A DNA stretch of 64,000 nucleotides from Dimorphilus gyrociliatus. Taxonomy: Eukaryota > Animalia > Annelida. Both the position numbers and the translations under genes were made by a program. The notes under the pieces are model-generated. The model saw only the letters and a list, made by a program, of their open reading frames with translations. It made no database searches and had not been told where the DNA came from. Below, piece after piece: positions 26,023 through 39,600 of this stretch. The stretch lies in NCBI GenBank assembly GCA_904063045.1, contig CAJFCJ010000029.1, positions 434,001 to 498,000 on the forward strand, read 5' to 3'. Position 1 is the first letter of the stretch; every line of letters starts with the position of its first letter.

Positions 26023-27785
26023 ATGATGCTAAGAAGAGGCTTATCTAAATTGTCGGTTTTGCGTATGAGCACTGTTGCCCAACCTGTTAGAAACCCGAAT
26101 ATTGAATACGCCCAGGTCTGTATTTAGCTCTTATTCGTGTCAAGTTAACAAAATATTTATAAACAACTTAACAGTTTGTTGGTTTATACAGCTGTTTATT
26201 AACAATCAATTCGTCGATGCTAAAAGTGGTAAAACCTTTGATACTATTAATCCATCGTCTGGCGAAGTTATTGCACAAGTTGCCGAGGGAGATAAGGTAA
26301 GTCCTCAATAAAGAATCATCTTTCTAAGAAGACAATTGTCCGCCATTGTCCTGTTGTGTATTCTAGGCCGATGTTGACCTTGCTGTTAAAGCCGCTCGTA
26401 AAGCATTTGAATATGGATCGGAGTGGCGCCGAATGGACGCTTGCGAAAGAGGTTATTTATTGTCGAAGCTTGCCGATCTCATCGAACGCGATAGGGTACT
26501 CTTAGCTTCTCTTGAGACCCTTGACAATGGCAAAGCCTTCAACACAGCCTATTCAACCGATCTACACTTAGTCTTGCAGTGCTATCGTTATTATGCTGGT
26601 TGGGCTGATAAGAATGTGGGTCAGACCATACCTGTTTCTGGTGATATCTTTGCCTATACGCGTCATGAGCCAGTTGGTGTTTGTGGCCAAATTATACCCT
26701 GGAACTTTCCACTTCTTATGCAAGCTTGGAAACTTGCCCCGGCTTTGGCATGTGGAAATACCATTGTAATGAAAGTTGCCGAGCAAACACCCTTATCGGC
26801 TCTCCATGTCGCCGCTTTAACGAAAGAAGCTGGCTTCCCTGATGGTGTCATAAACATACTTTCAGGGTTCGGTCCAACTGCTGGAGGTGCTATTGCCTCT
26901 CATATGGATGTTGACAAAGTAGCGTTTACTGGTTCTACTGAAGTCGGACAACTTGTTTCCGAGGCCGCCGCCAAGTCTAATTTGAAAAGAGTGACTATGG
27001 AATTGGGCGGAAAGAGTCCTAGTATAATTTTTGGTGATGCTGATCTCGAGAGCGCAATAGCAACAAGCTCTATGGGTCTCTTTTTCAATCACGGTCAATG
27101 CTGTTGCGCTGGTTCAAGAACTTTTGTTGAAGAATCAATCTATGACGACTTTGTTGAAAGGAGTGCTGAAATAGCGAAATCTAAGAAACTCGGCGATCCA
27201 TTTGATCCATCAACCGAACAAGGTCCACAAATAGATTTAGAGCAGCAAAATAAGATACTTAGCCTTATTGAAAGTGGAAAGTCCGAGGGAGCTAAATTGG
27301 TCGCTGGAGGTGCTAAAGCAGGAGATAAAGGATATTATGTTCAGCCTACAGTTTTTGCCGATGTCACTGACGATATGACAATTGCGAGGGAAGAAATTTT
27401 TGGACCAGTTCAACAAATTATCAAATTTAAAACGGACAAAGAATTAATTGAGAGAGCAAATAAGACAATTTACGGTTTAGCCGGAGCAGTCTTTACTAAA
27501 AATATTGACAGAGCATTCACAATTGCAAACGGCTTAAGAGGTGGAACCATTTGGGTTAACAGTTATAACAAGTTTGATGCAACGATGCCATTCGGTGGAT
27601 ACAAGATGAGTGGACATGGTAGGGAGCTGGGAGAATATGGCCTCAGGGCATATACTGAAGTGAAATCGGTATGTAATATGCATTGACTTTAAATAATTTA
27701 AATAAAAATCTTGGCGTGTTTTATTGTCATCTCATTTTTTTTTCATTTATAGGTATGTATCCAAATTCCCGAAAAGAATTCATAA
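26023..27785 (+). CDS. ALDH2: Mitochondrial aldehyde dehydrogenase (ALDH2/ALDH1 class); exons 26023-26115, 26192-26296, 26367-27668, 27753-27785, 510 aa
   Basis: Basic transit peptide [41 protein letters not shown], catalytic [16 protein letters not shown] and C-terminal IPEKNS. Confidence 0.95.
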
Positions 27786-29764
27786 ACACAAAATTGAATA
27801 TAACAAGCAACGTATTCTGACTCTCATCTGGACATCAGTTGTGATTAACTAACTTGCCTAACACGAAATTGATTTTTTACGATAATCCTCGTTTTCTCAA
27901 AGAATACATTAGCTAACAAGTAATACAGAAGTAAAAAATGTCGCTGTTCAGCTTATAAACTTATATATATATATAGATTAATAAGTAGTTTTCAATAAAG
28001 ACTATTCTGAAATGAATTGAAACTTATACTCTGTTTGCTGCTCGTCAAATGTTCTTTAGCTAAAAAAAACTTGTATAAAATAATTTTTTAGACAATTATC
28101 TGAAAAACAACTATTTGAAAGGATTTATCTAGTTTTGTAAACCGATTATTTATAGTTACAAAATTGGCTATTCCCGTTTGAGAGCAGCGCTCCTATCGAT
28201 TAGCAGCGCCACCTTACCAATAATCATCTTTTACAAGCTAACACGCCTTTTCAAACAAGAGAACTAGTATTGCGGAAAGATTGACTTCTCTTAAAGGTTC
28301 ATGTGTAAGAGAATTCATATTGAAAAGAAAGCGAAGTTAGGTTTATAGAAGCATCTTCACCATTTGTACTTTATCTAAATATCATTCTACATGGATGTTT
28401 CGTAAGAGAAGGATAAAAATAGTATAAGAAAAGAGATTAAAAGGACTCGTTATTTTTTACCGAGGTAAGAGTATTATCGTAATTAAAATTTCTGTATAAA
28501 TACATATATATATACACATATATATATATATGAACAGATATATGTATTTATTATTCTCTTGATATGCATCTGATTCTATCAACTGCTTGGAAACGTATAT
28601 TTAATATTATACACAACCGAAGTATTGTCCTTTGAATTTGGCCAAAGTATTTGTCTGTAAATAAACCATATTATCCATTATAATCGAATATAGGAGTATT
28701 GAAACAGGTATAGAATTTACTATATATAGTTTTAAAATGAAATCGGTCTCACAGAAAAAAAATGGAAGGATATACTATCTGAATTTGACGATCAATCACT
28801 TTTAGCCAATTCTCATAAATGCTAAAAATCACCGGGCGATTGTGAAATATTAATTAATTAAATTATAAATAAATTTTATATAAACATCACTAATGTATAG
28901 TATAACAGAATATTTGCGATATATTTCTTTACGGCATTGACGTAGGAAAATTGCTTGGGAAGGGAAAATGAGCTCGAGTCAAAGAAACGACTCGAATGAA
29001 TAATTTACACGCACATAGGCCAATCAGCAATTTAATAAATGAATGTAGCAATAATCTTAGGTCATTGTATGAATACTTATACTTTTAATATATATTATTT
29101 ATGAACTATTTTTGAATAAGAACAAAATATCTAAAAGATATGATTATAGATATATCTAAATTTATCTAAGCCATAATATGCCGAATCAAATTCTCTATAT
29201 CTTATAACTTTTATCAAGTTACATTAAGGATTTATATGTAGTACTTGATACATACCGAATAGTTTGTGCCTGGTTTTAGCAAAATGAAGGCGAAACGAAG
29301 AAAGAAAAGTTAAAAAGAACAAGAATCGAATTTTCTAAAGGTTTTTAATGTAGACTAAATTGAAATTTCAAAAGATTTTAAACACCTTCTAAATTTACTA
29401 TAAGTATTTACATATGATGTCGTCGCGAAGCATTGACGTTAATGCGTCGTGTCTAGGACACCTGAATATTCGTAAACAAAACGCCATTGTCAATTTATAA
29501 ATTAATTCAAGGGAGTGCTCACTTCTTTTTTTTAATTCTACAGTCGATAACCTATTAAGTTCCGATGTACTCAGCTTTACAGAATTCATACTTTTAGGTA
29601 ATTAATGGAATTAGTGGAATTTTTCAATTATGTCAAATTCTTGTACGTTTTTTTACTGTATGCATCACTTATTAAAGTTGCTTTTATTAATAATAAAATG
29701 ATAACTGAATAATTCTTGATAGTATAAATTTAACTATTTACACAGGATTTAATTACTCAAAAAT

Positions 29765-31221
29765 ATGACGGATAACAGGACAGTTGATGAGATAATTAGT
29801 GATTTTAAATGTCACGATAAAGGACTAATTTTACCACTTGTTAATGAATATACATGGCCACTTGGAGCAAGAATATTTTTATATTTCTTTGGTCTATTTT
29901 GGTCGTTTTTAGGCGTTTCTATAATTGCCGATCGTTTTATGGGGGCTATTGAAATGATAACATCAAAAACTACAAAAATACGAATACCAGACGGTAAGCA
30001 TTAGATTTATTCATGAAATATAAAGATACTAAGACATAACTAAATATCTTACTCAACTATTTTATAATAGTTTTGTTTGAAAAGAAAAAAGATAGATAGA
30101 TTCGAATGTTTTTAGTAATTTTAGTAACGATTCCTATTATCTATCGATAGTATATTTAACCAGAATAAATACTTTATTCTTTGATATAATAAGGTTACGC
30201 ACTTTACATATTTCTTTAGTAGTAACAAAACAATTTTATTGAATTTTTATTTATTCTTATTAAACAGAAAATGGTGAAAAGAAAGAAATAGATGTTCCTG
30301 TGTGGAATAATACTGTTGCTAACCTGACTTTAATGGCTTTAGGCTCATCTGCTCCGGAAATTCTCTTAGCATGTATTGAAATCTGTGGTAACAATTTTGA
30401 AGCCGGCGATCTAGGTCCTGGTACAATCGTTGGTTCTGGAGCGTTCAATCTGCTTTGTATTATAGCTGTTTGCGTTGTATCTATTCCCGAAGGAGAAGTT
30501 AGGCGAATTGCTTCTGTAAAAGTTTTTGCTATAACAGCTTTCTCATCAATCTTTGCCTATGTTTGGCTTATAATAATCTTAAAAGCATCTTCACCAAATG
30601 TTGTGGAATTGTGGGAAGCCATCATAACATTTCTATTTTTCCCAATGTTAGTCTTAATAGCCTATTCAGTGGATAAGCAATGCTTTGGAAGATGTAGCCG
30701 TACCCAACCGGATATGACAACAGAAAAAACGATAGGATTCAGTGAGTAATTTTATTACTTTTAATTAATTAGACATCCATTAATATTCCACCTCCCCCAC
30801 CCCTCGTCGCCTCTCCTTCCAATTGTATACCTTAATATTTTATGAACTTAACTAAAACAAAGAAAAATAAAACGAAAAACAACTTAAAATAGTATTTAAA
30901 GGAAAAAATATCTCATTAATAAGTAGTAATCGCTTTTAAAAGATTGTAATCTTTCGTAGAATTATCAAGTTTTCAAGGTTAGTAAGTTCAAAATTTGTCT
31001 TCTGCTGCTACTACTATTACTACTTTTGTTCATAGCATACTCTTAATAGAATATTAGTAAAAAAATATTGAGAATGCAATTAACGTCTAAAAAAAAATAT
31101 TTAAAAAAAAAGAGAACTTAGTTTTTTTTTTTGCACGTTTTTTTATTTATTAATTCGATGTTTTTATTTTTAACTTTTTTTTTCTCCCAGTTAATCGATT
31201 TAACTTTCTTTTTCTCTCTCT

Positions 31222-31275
<54 letters not shown>

Positions 31276-34200
31276 GACTTAGCTTTTACATATGCTTATG
31301 TATGTGTAGATATCCCTTACGAAATAAGCATTTAGAATTAATCGATATAGATACAGTTAGCTTTTATTCCATAATATACTATGGAACATTTATAAATTAA
31401 TGTACATGTTTATAAATGCACAGTATTTAGATAATATACTGTATATAATAATTCTTTTAGCATTAAATATTTAGGAAAGACTAATGACAAGCATTTTATA
31501 AATGAACATTTTTCATTTTTTAAAGTTAATCATTAAGATAGAAAAGTTAAATTATAAACTAATAGTTAATTTAGTACCAAAAACAAACGTTAATATGACA
31601 AGTGTTTAAGAGTTACCGATTACTTTGTATTCAGATGATGATCATTTATTAAAGGATTGTAAGTATGCAATGTCGTGCTAACCATTGACAAGTCAATTGA
31701 CATTTAGTGTTTTTTTTTTTCATATTTTTTAAGCTTAATGCTATGGATAATACTAATATTTTCTATCTAATAATAGCTTTTATTCTAGAAAATAATAAAA
31801 GAAAAGAACATTTAAACTCCCTTTAACTCTATGTATTATTCATGTTAATCAATGAAACCTTTTAATATGAAAATATTCCTTTCATTTTATGCTTCTAATA
31901 GAATTTTTTTAAAATGCCTCCAAATGCTGAAATTAAAACATTTCCGATTCATGAAGTCTATTGGAATAATTTTTCTGTTCTCTATAATTCTTTTGCTTTT
32001 TTTTTATTATTATTATTATTCTCTTAGTATGATTTTTTATACATATGATCATTTATCACTTTGTTCTTTTTTATACTTTTAAAAAGTTCTACTGAGAAGC
32101 TTAACATAAAAATAGAAAGCTTAATTTTTTTTTCTTTATGAATAATTTACTCCATTTTCAAATATTTATATATAAGAAATATATATATATATACTGTATA
32201 TACACAGTATATATATATATATACTTATATATAATAGTAAAGATTTATACAAATAAAACTATTTATTTATTTATTGGAAAAGTCAAAGAAAAATTCAATT
32301 TATCTCCAGACTTTTTTCTTTCATGAAAATTAATTGGAAGATAATTGATTTATCTCAAGAAATAGAAGGAATAAACGAATTCCACTAATTCCAAATTACT
32401 CATATGTTTACTCTTTTAAAAAGTATAAAAAAATATACAGAGTTTTTATTTGTTCAGTCAATGCTTCCTCTCTACTTTACTAATCTAGTGTCTCTAAATA
32501 AATATTCTGTTTGTCCATGTTTATTTCTTTTGGAAACTAATTATTCTATCATTTTTCGTTTTCTTTGTATAGCTGAAAGAGACCGCTCTGATAATCCAGA
32601 AAGAAGATTATCCAAATATATTAAAGTGAGTAGCGCAAATTTAAACAGTAGATAGGACTATTATATACAGACATACACTATATAAATATATATATATATA
32701 TATATATGAATATGTATATTTGAAAACTTTATATATACAGTATAAATTTATATATATAGGCATATAGTGTAATTGACTATACAATTCTTATAATTCAAAA
32801 CCTGGCTGACTTCGATTGTTTTCGTGTTTTATTTTTTGTTTTTTATTAACGCATATGATAAATAAAATACTATTTCTAGAGCTCAAAATAACTTTCTTTT
32901 GAAAACTAATACGTTGTTAACACAAAAATATAAACTATATAACAGGGTTTGAGAAGGAAGTTCGATGAAGCGAAAAAGGTTTGAAAGCCTTTGCTTTCTG
33001 TGCTGTTATTTTATAAACTGATGCTAATTTATTTATAAGTTAAAACGTTTTTTGACTGAGGTGTTGAACTAAACTTGGGAATTTTCTCTATTAGAAACAG
33101 CAATACTCTTTTTTTTCAATATTCCCATATATTTCCTTTGATATGTAGAATTTTGGTTTTTATTAATTTTTCTTGCTTTTCTGTATTTATTTAGACTTTA
33201 CGTATGGAAAATAATGATCTTACTGAAGAGGAACTTGAAGAAATGGCCAGATTAAAATTGGAAGAGGAGCACAAAACTAAGCCAAGAAATTATCTTTATT
33301 ATAGAATCGGTGGAGTTAGATCTATGGCTGGAGGCAAAAGAATCTTTCCAAAATGGAATACAAAATTTAGTAAAATTGTTAAAATGGCTCTGACAAAGAC
33401 AGACAACGTAGCAACGTCGTTAGATCATGTCGACGCTATTGAGTGGCCAGAAAAAGCTATAGTCGAGTTTGAAGCTGTGAAAAGTTCAGTTCTAGAAAAA
33501 GCAGAATTTATAGAAATTCCTTTAAGAAGAACGGGAAATTTAAATATTCCTGCTATTGTTCAAGTCGAGACAGCGGACGGAAGTGCCAAAGTTAGTGACG
33601 ATGATTATGAACCACTACATAAAATAGTTGTTTTCAAACCAAATGAAGTGGAGCGTAAAGTCAGGGTGAAAATTATTGACGACGATCAATACGAGGGCGA
33701 TGAAATATTCTTTGTAAAACTGCATATAGATGACGCTTTTTCGCTATATAGAGTTATTCATAAGGAGAATATAGATTCGAGTGAAATTGAACACTTTCTT
33801 GGTTTTGATTGTAAATCATTAACAACCGAAGAATTTTGTACGCAAGTTGGTGACAAGATTGACTTTTCGTTAATTGCGTTAGGGGATCAAAAGATTCACG
33901 AAGTAACCATTGAAGATGATGATAATCCAGGAACCTTCGCTTTTAAGAGGCATTGTGAAATAGTTACAGAAAACACAGTTGCAAAAATTCCTGTTATTCG
34001 ATCAGAAGGATCCGATGGCTTGATCATTATCAATTGGAGCGCCAAAGGGGGAAATGCAACTCCAGATCAAGATTATTATCCATCGTCTGGTTCAATCGAG
34101 TTTAGGCATGGAGAAATTGAGAAAAATATTGAAATTACTATAGTTAATGATGAAGATAAAGAAGATGAAAACTTCCAGGTGTTTTTAGATGAAGAAACAG

Positions 34201-35143
34201 CCGGCCCAGGAGTTAAATTTGGTAAGATCACTTCAACTTGGATAACTATTGTGAGCGATGACGACATGAGAGGTATCGTGTCGAAATTGTTGAATAACGT
34301 AAAGCACGATCTCTTGGATATCCAATTGGAGAAGACCACCTGGAAAGAACAATTCGTCTCAGCTTTTTCGGTATCTTTCAATTCTTTGTTGCTAAAGAAT
34401 TTGGATTACATAATATCCGTTTTATCCGCAGGTTACCGATGGCGATGTTTCGGAAGCGACTGTACTGGATTTTATAATACATTTTCTATCCTTCCCATGG
34501 AAAGTTTTATTTGCTTTTGTTCCTCCTCCATCCTACTTGGGTGGCTGGCTTGCTTTTTTCGCAGCCCTACTAATGATTGCGCTCGTGACAACACTTGTTG
34601 GAGATTTAGCGACTATCGCTGGTTGTTTATCAGGTCTGAAAGGGAGTGTTACTGCAATTACATTTGTCGCTCTAGGAACAAGTTTACCCGATTTATTTGC
34701 AAGTAAACAAGCAGCCTGCGGTGAAACGACAGCAGATAATTCCATTGGTAATGTGACTGGTAGCAATTCTGTCAATGTATTTTTGGGACTAGGATTACCT
34801 TGGTTAATTGCGGCCATTTATCATACGTCAAAAGTATTTTACAACTTTCTTAAATAATTTATCATTACATTAACTTTTTTAATCTTTATAGGGAGGATCT
34901 TTCAATGTGACAGCTGGCACCCTAAGCTTTAGTGTTGTCCTCTATACTATCACGGCGTCTTTATGCATCATTTTGTTATTAATCAGAAGATATGTTCCAG
35001 CATTTGGAGATGGAAAAAAGGGTGGGGAATTGGGAGGAAACGTTAAATTAAAGTGGATATCGGCAATTTTTATGGTTTTCCTTTGGCTGACATATATTAT
35101 TCTTTCTGCTTTACAGGCCTATGGCCATGTTCCTGGCTTTTAG
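29765..35143 (+). CDS. NCX: Na+/Ca2+ exchanger (SLC8/NCX); exons 29765-29993, 30268-30741, 31635-31658, 32573-32625, 32946-32978, 33195-34370, 34432-34833, 34892-35143
   Basis: Alpha-1 repeat LMALGSSAPE, alpha-2 repeat FVALGTSLPD and NVTGSNSVN, two Calx-beta domains (IIDDDQYEGDE; TIEDDD). The three small exons are needed to reconcile phases between 30741 and 33195. A non-coding exon is likely at 29544-29597. Confidence 0.92.
31225..31262. repeat. (TA)n microsatellite in NCX intron 2
   Basis: Perfect TA run. Confidence 0.95.
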
Positions 35144-35661
35144 GCTTACTTTCCTGGAGCTTTATAGCTATAAACTTTAGACAAGAGATGATAAATAAAC
35201 ATTAGATAAAAACAAACAAACAAACAAAAAGTATACTACTTTTCCTCGTATAAAAAAAAGAAATGTGTTCACCAACTTTTAACTTTTTTTGTTCTTAATT
35301 TATTTGAAAAGTATAAAACAAAAAATACGAAAACAAAAGCAAACTTATAATTTCTGTTACGTCTTAATAAACTTTATATGTAACCAATATATATATATAT
35401 ATACTTTATAAGCAAGCAGTATAGACAGTATATCAATATACTGTATATACTGTATATACTGTATATATATATACTGTTTAATTCGTATACAATTCAATAA
35501 GTTATAGGTTTTATCCAAGGTACAATTAATTATTTATCCTTTATACAGTTGTATCAAAAATTACAATTTAATATTTATTGCTTGTATGTATCATTACTTG
35601 CTAGGAATGTCCTAAATATATTTATCTTCATTTATATTTAATGGCTACATAAGCTGTAATC

Positions 35662-36062
35662 TTATTCGTTTTCCTCGTTATATCCCAGTTTTTTCCAATC
35701 CTCTTTAGCCATTAAATTACTGGATTGCGTCAGGAAATAAAACATTTATAAACATTATTAATTTATAACAATATATCAATGCTTCTTACTGTTCCATACG
35801 GCATTGTAAATAGGCTTTTGATTCATTCCTACATGATGAGTTTTCCATATTGTTCTCCCGCAGGCACCTCATATATTTAACCATAAAAGTTTTACAATCC
35901 CCTGTTTTTAATGAAAAAAACAAAACACAACGGCATTCGATTAAAATGAACTCTTTGAAATATGGCAAAGTCATACGATTAACCTTCGTGATCTAATGGA
36001 AAGCTTCCCTTGTCTGGTGCCTTCTGTTTGAATACTTTTTGTCCAAATGTCATCGATGACAT
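35662..36062 (-). CDS. COX19: Cytochrome c oxidase assembly factor COX19 (twin CX9C); exons 36062-35984, 35901-35790, 35719-35662, 82 aa
   Basis: Spliced product [77 protein letters not shown] carries the diagnostic [10 protein letters not shown] motif and two CX9C pairs. Confidence 0.93.
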
Positions 36063-36685
36063 AATGATATTTTAAGTTTGTCAAACCCTTTTAATTTGGT
36101 TGCGTTTGAGCAATGCTGGAAGTTTGTTGACTAATTGCCCTTGCCGATAGATGTCTCTGTTGTTGGATGAGTGCCATCTATAATACCTGTGATTTACCTT
36201 TGTCACGTGATCAAGCTTTGTTATGGTTCGACGGGGATCACAGGTATATTACACTTAAAAATTGTTTTTAAAAATAAATAAATTATTAATACTTTTAGGT
36301 GAAAATAAAACAATAAGATATTAAAGAAGTAAATTAAAAAGGAGACCTCAACTCAAAGCCTATTAATTACTTTTGCACCTTAAACGTTAACCCCTGCCGA
36401 TTGTCAACGCTGTATAGAGCTAGTCGATCGTATTCAATCGAATGAGCCTGCGTGAAATCTGTAGTAGTAACCATTCGAAGAGTTGTCGTTGAGCAGAAAG
36501 CGCACCTGGATGCACTTTTACAGCTCCGTTTGTTCTACATTTAAATTACTCGGGATATCCATTCTACCAAACAAATACGGCGACGAATCGAGTTTCGAAC
36601 GTCAATCAAATTAGAAAGGCGCCGGTCAGACGGAGATGTCAGAACGATTTGGCATGTTCACAAGGAAGGTCGTCTAAAGTTGAGA

Positions 36686-39600
36686 ATGTTCGAAGTTTTA
36701 AGGAGATGTGTGTTTTTTACTAATAATAATCGGACTATGCTTTTTATTTATATTTTCCTCTCGGCGATTATTCGTCTAACTGCTTCAATTACGTCGATTG
36801 ATTTAATCGAAGAGCTCGAAGTAGGGAAGATAGCTTTTTATCTAGATGAAATTTTTGGATCGGACGCTGAATCGTTCAATATGATTGTCATAAAACCTCC
36901 CGGAGGTGAAAAATACTTAGAGGTGATCGATTCCCAAAGAGGGACTGTTCAAATTCGTTCGAAAATTGACAGGGAATCATTGGCAAAACTGGGCATCCGA
37001 GAATTCGATATACTCGTCAATGACCAGTTCGAATTACGCGTCAATATTAAAGACAAAAATGACAACGCTCCACAATGGATACGTACTCCGCTCAACATCA
37101 CTTTTCCAGAAAAAGTACCTATAGATTCTCGAACAAGTCTAGGCTATGCCTTTGACGACGATACGTTGGAATATTCAACTAAAAACTATGAAATCGTCTC
37201 GGGAAACATCCACGATACTTTCAGATTACAGGTTCATAAGAAAGTTTCCTTTTTATACGTCGATCTAATCGTAAATCGTGTTATCGATTATGAAACTGTG
37301 CCACACTTTAAATTGGTTATAAACGCCTATGATGGTGGCTCTCCCCGTCTTAGTGACAGTCTAGTGGTGAACATAGATATCATCGACTCGAATGATAGTC
37401 CACCAATATTTAATCTCAGCAGATTTTCAGCAGAAATACCTGAAAATAGTAATGTGGGAACTCAAGTCCGTTCCGTAACAGCCACGGATTTAGATACCAA
37501 TGACGTTTTGTCTTATACAATCACAAACTATAAAGATAAGTTTCAAATTGATGAGAAATCAGGAATGCTTACCGTTGCGGGCAAGCTTGATTACGAAAGA
37601 GAAACAAAGTACGATGTAATTGTTGTTTGCAGCGACAAAGCTGGTTTGGACGCCACGGCTGTTGTTTCCGTTAGTGTTACTAATGTTAATGATAATTATC
37701 CAACAATAGACGTAAAATATTTAGCGGAAGATGGCTCTAATCGAATAGTAGAAACAGCTGAAAAAGGTGATTATGTTGCTAGACTTTCTGTAAGCGATGC
37801 CGACGAACCTGACAAGGCTGTAAATGTGACAATCAAAGGAGATTCGGAATACATTGGCTTGGATAATTCGGATAAAATCATCTATCTGAAGTTATTATCC
37901 GTGCCGGATCGAGAAAAGCTTTCGGAGATAAGCGTAACGATAACGGCCACTGATAGTGGAACACCAACGTTAAGAACTAAGAAAACAATTATTCTTCACA
38001 TTACTGATAGTAATGATAACACACCTAAGTTCGATAAAGACATTTATTCAATTGTTATCAGTGAATCTCTCCCACCCGGTTCGTCGGTACTTCATCTTCA
38101 CGCGACGGATCTCGATGAGGGTGATAACGCACTTCTCAGATACTCTTGGGTGTCCACTCAAAGTCTCTTCAATTTAGACGCCGAATCCGGTCTAATAACA
38201 ACAAGCGGTTGGTTAGACTGTGAGAAAAGAGACGAAGAAGAATTGGAAGTTCGTGTTACCGATTCAGGATTAAGTCCTCTGTCTTCAAAGGCCAAAATAC
38301 ATTTAAAAATCGAAGATGTCGATGATAACATTCCAATTTTTGATCTCAGTTTTTATAATGCAACGATAGAGGAAGACGCAAAAGAGGGACATTGCTTTTT
38401 GCAGGTGAGTTCATAATTTTTGAATATAGTAGTATGAGTGTTCTGTGTATATTATTGGGTTGTATGGACTTCTTTATTTCTTTCTCTACTAGTCCTTCAT
38501 TTTACAAGACTTAAAATATTCTTGACTAAAAGCGCGCTTTTCTATACAGTATTTGTATACCGGGGACAAGGCCAAATATTGAGAGTGTAAAATTTTATGT
38601 TTGTCCAACTAAAGTTGTTTTTCACCCGCATATCACTTATTCAAACATTTTACTTCTTCCATTTATTGATTCTTTCCCTCACTAGGCGCCAACCTTATCT
38701 CTTGAGTTAGTTAGGTATAATTGTGACGCAACAACGTGTACGTCAGTTACGTAATGATTAAGGTGGAAGCAGATGTGTCAGCAGTTCATTTAACAATTTA
38801 GCCCATTGAACGTTTAAGAGCTTCGTAGAGCGTACTCTCTCATTACCGTCAGTGCTAGACGACTCCCCGCTAAAGGGCGTCTTCAATTGTTGTACTGTTT
38901 AGAGAAAAAAAAACACAAAGGCGAAAAAAGGCTGGTGTGGTGCAAGGAAGAATAGAGTAGAGAAAGAGAGGCAACATTTTGAACTCGAAAAGAGGGTGGC
39001 GAAGAGGGCATGGAAGTAAGAATAAAGAACACTGCTTAAGAAATCATTCTTATTTTGATCGAGCAAATATTATGTTGCGGCGATTATTGATTTCTCAACT
39101 CACTAATTCCCTTTACCATTTTGCCGTTATCCTGTTGGCGAGCTGTATTGAAATTTCCCTAATGCTCTCTTTTGTATAAATTATAAGTTAACTGACCGTA
39201 AGCAAACAGCGAAGCGGTTATTTCAGATAATCACTTCGCAAACAAGACTAGGCTATTTTTTCCATTCTTTATTGAGTTGAAACGAATATTTAACGAGTAG
39301 GCTCTTCTAACCCGTTACGTAATTTCTTAAGGGGTCGTATATAGTGTCGGCGTCTGGTGCCAGACGTTTCTTTTATTCGCTTTTTACGAGCCTCATTTTC
39401 CTTATCCCTTTCATCACTTATTTTAGCTGGCGCCAACATACTTTCGGTCAAGACCTATTAAGCCTTTGAGCATCTGCGTTTCGTCATTATCGATCACAAT
39501 TAAAAAATGCGACATTATAAAAAAAAGTGCATTCCATTCAGAGTTATATATTTTACTTTTTTTGACAAGGATCGAACTCTATAGGATTAGTCCGATTATC

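Noticed and set aside
27669-27758. ALDH2 last intron begins GTATGT and the following exon also begins GTATGT (AG|GTATGT), resembling a recursive splice site
   Set aside because: The exon sequence encodes the expected V-C/T-I/V-x-I-P-x-K-N-S terminus and the intron is only 84 nt; most likely coincidence.
28970-28998. Inverted repeat TCGAGTC-N8-GACTCGA
   Set aside because: A 7-bp stem is within chance expectation; no terminator or transposon context.
29398-29589. 63-aa minus-strand ORF upstream of NCX
   Set aside because: Overlaps a plus-strand AG/GT-bounded block (29544-29597) better explained as an NCX 5'UTR exon.
34371-34706. C-terminal extension of ORF 33204-34706 (VSFNSLLL...RFICK)
   Set aside because: Read-through of a 61-nt intron into the wrong frame; splicing restores the conserved NCX TM6 sequence.
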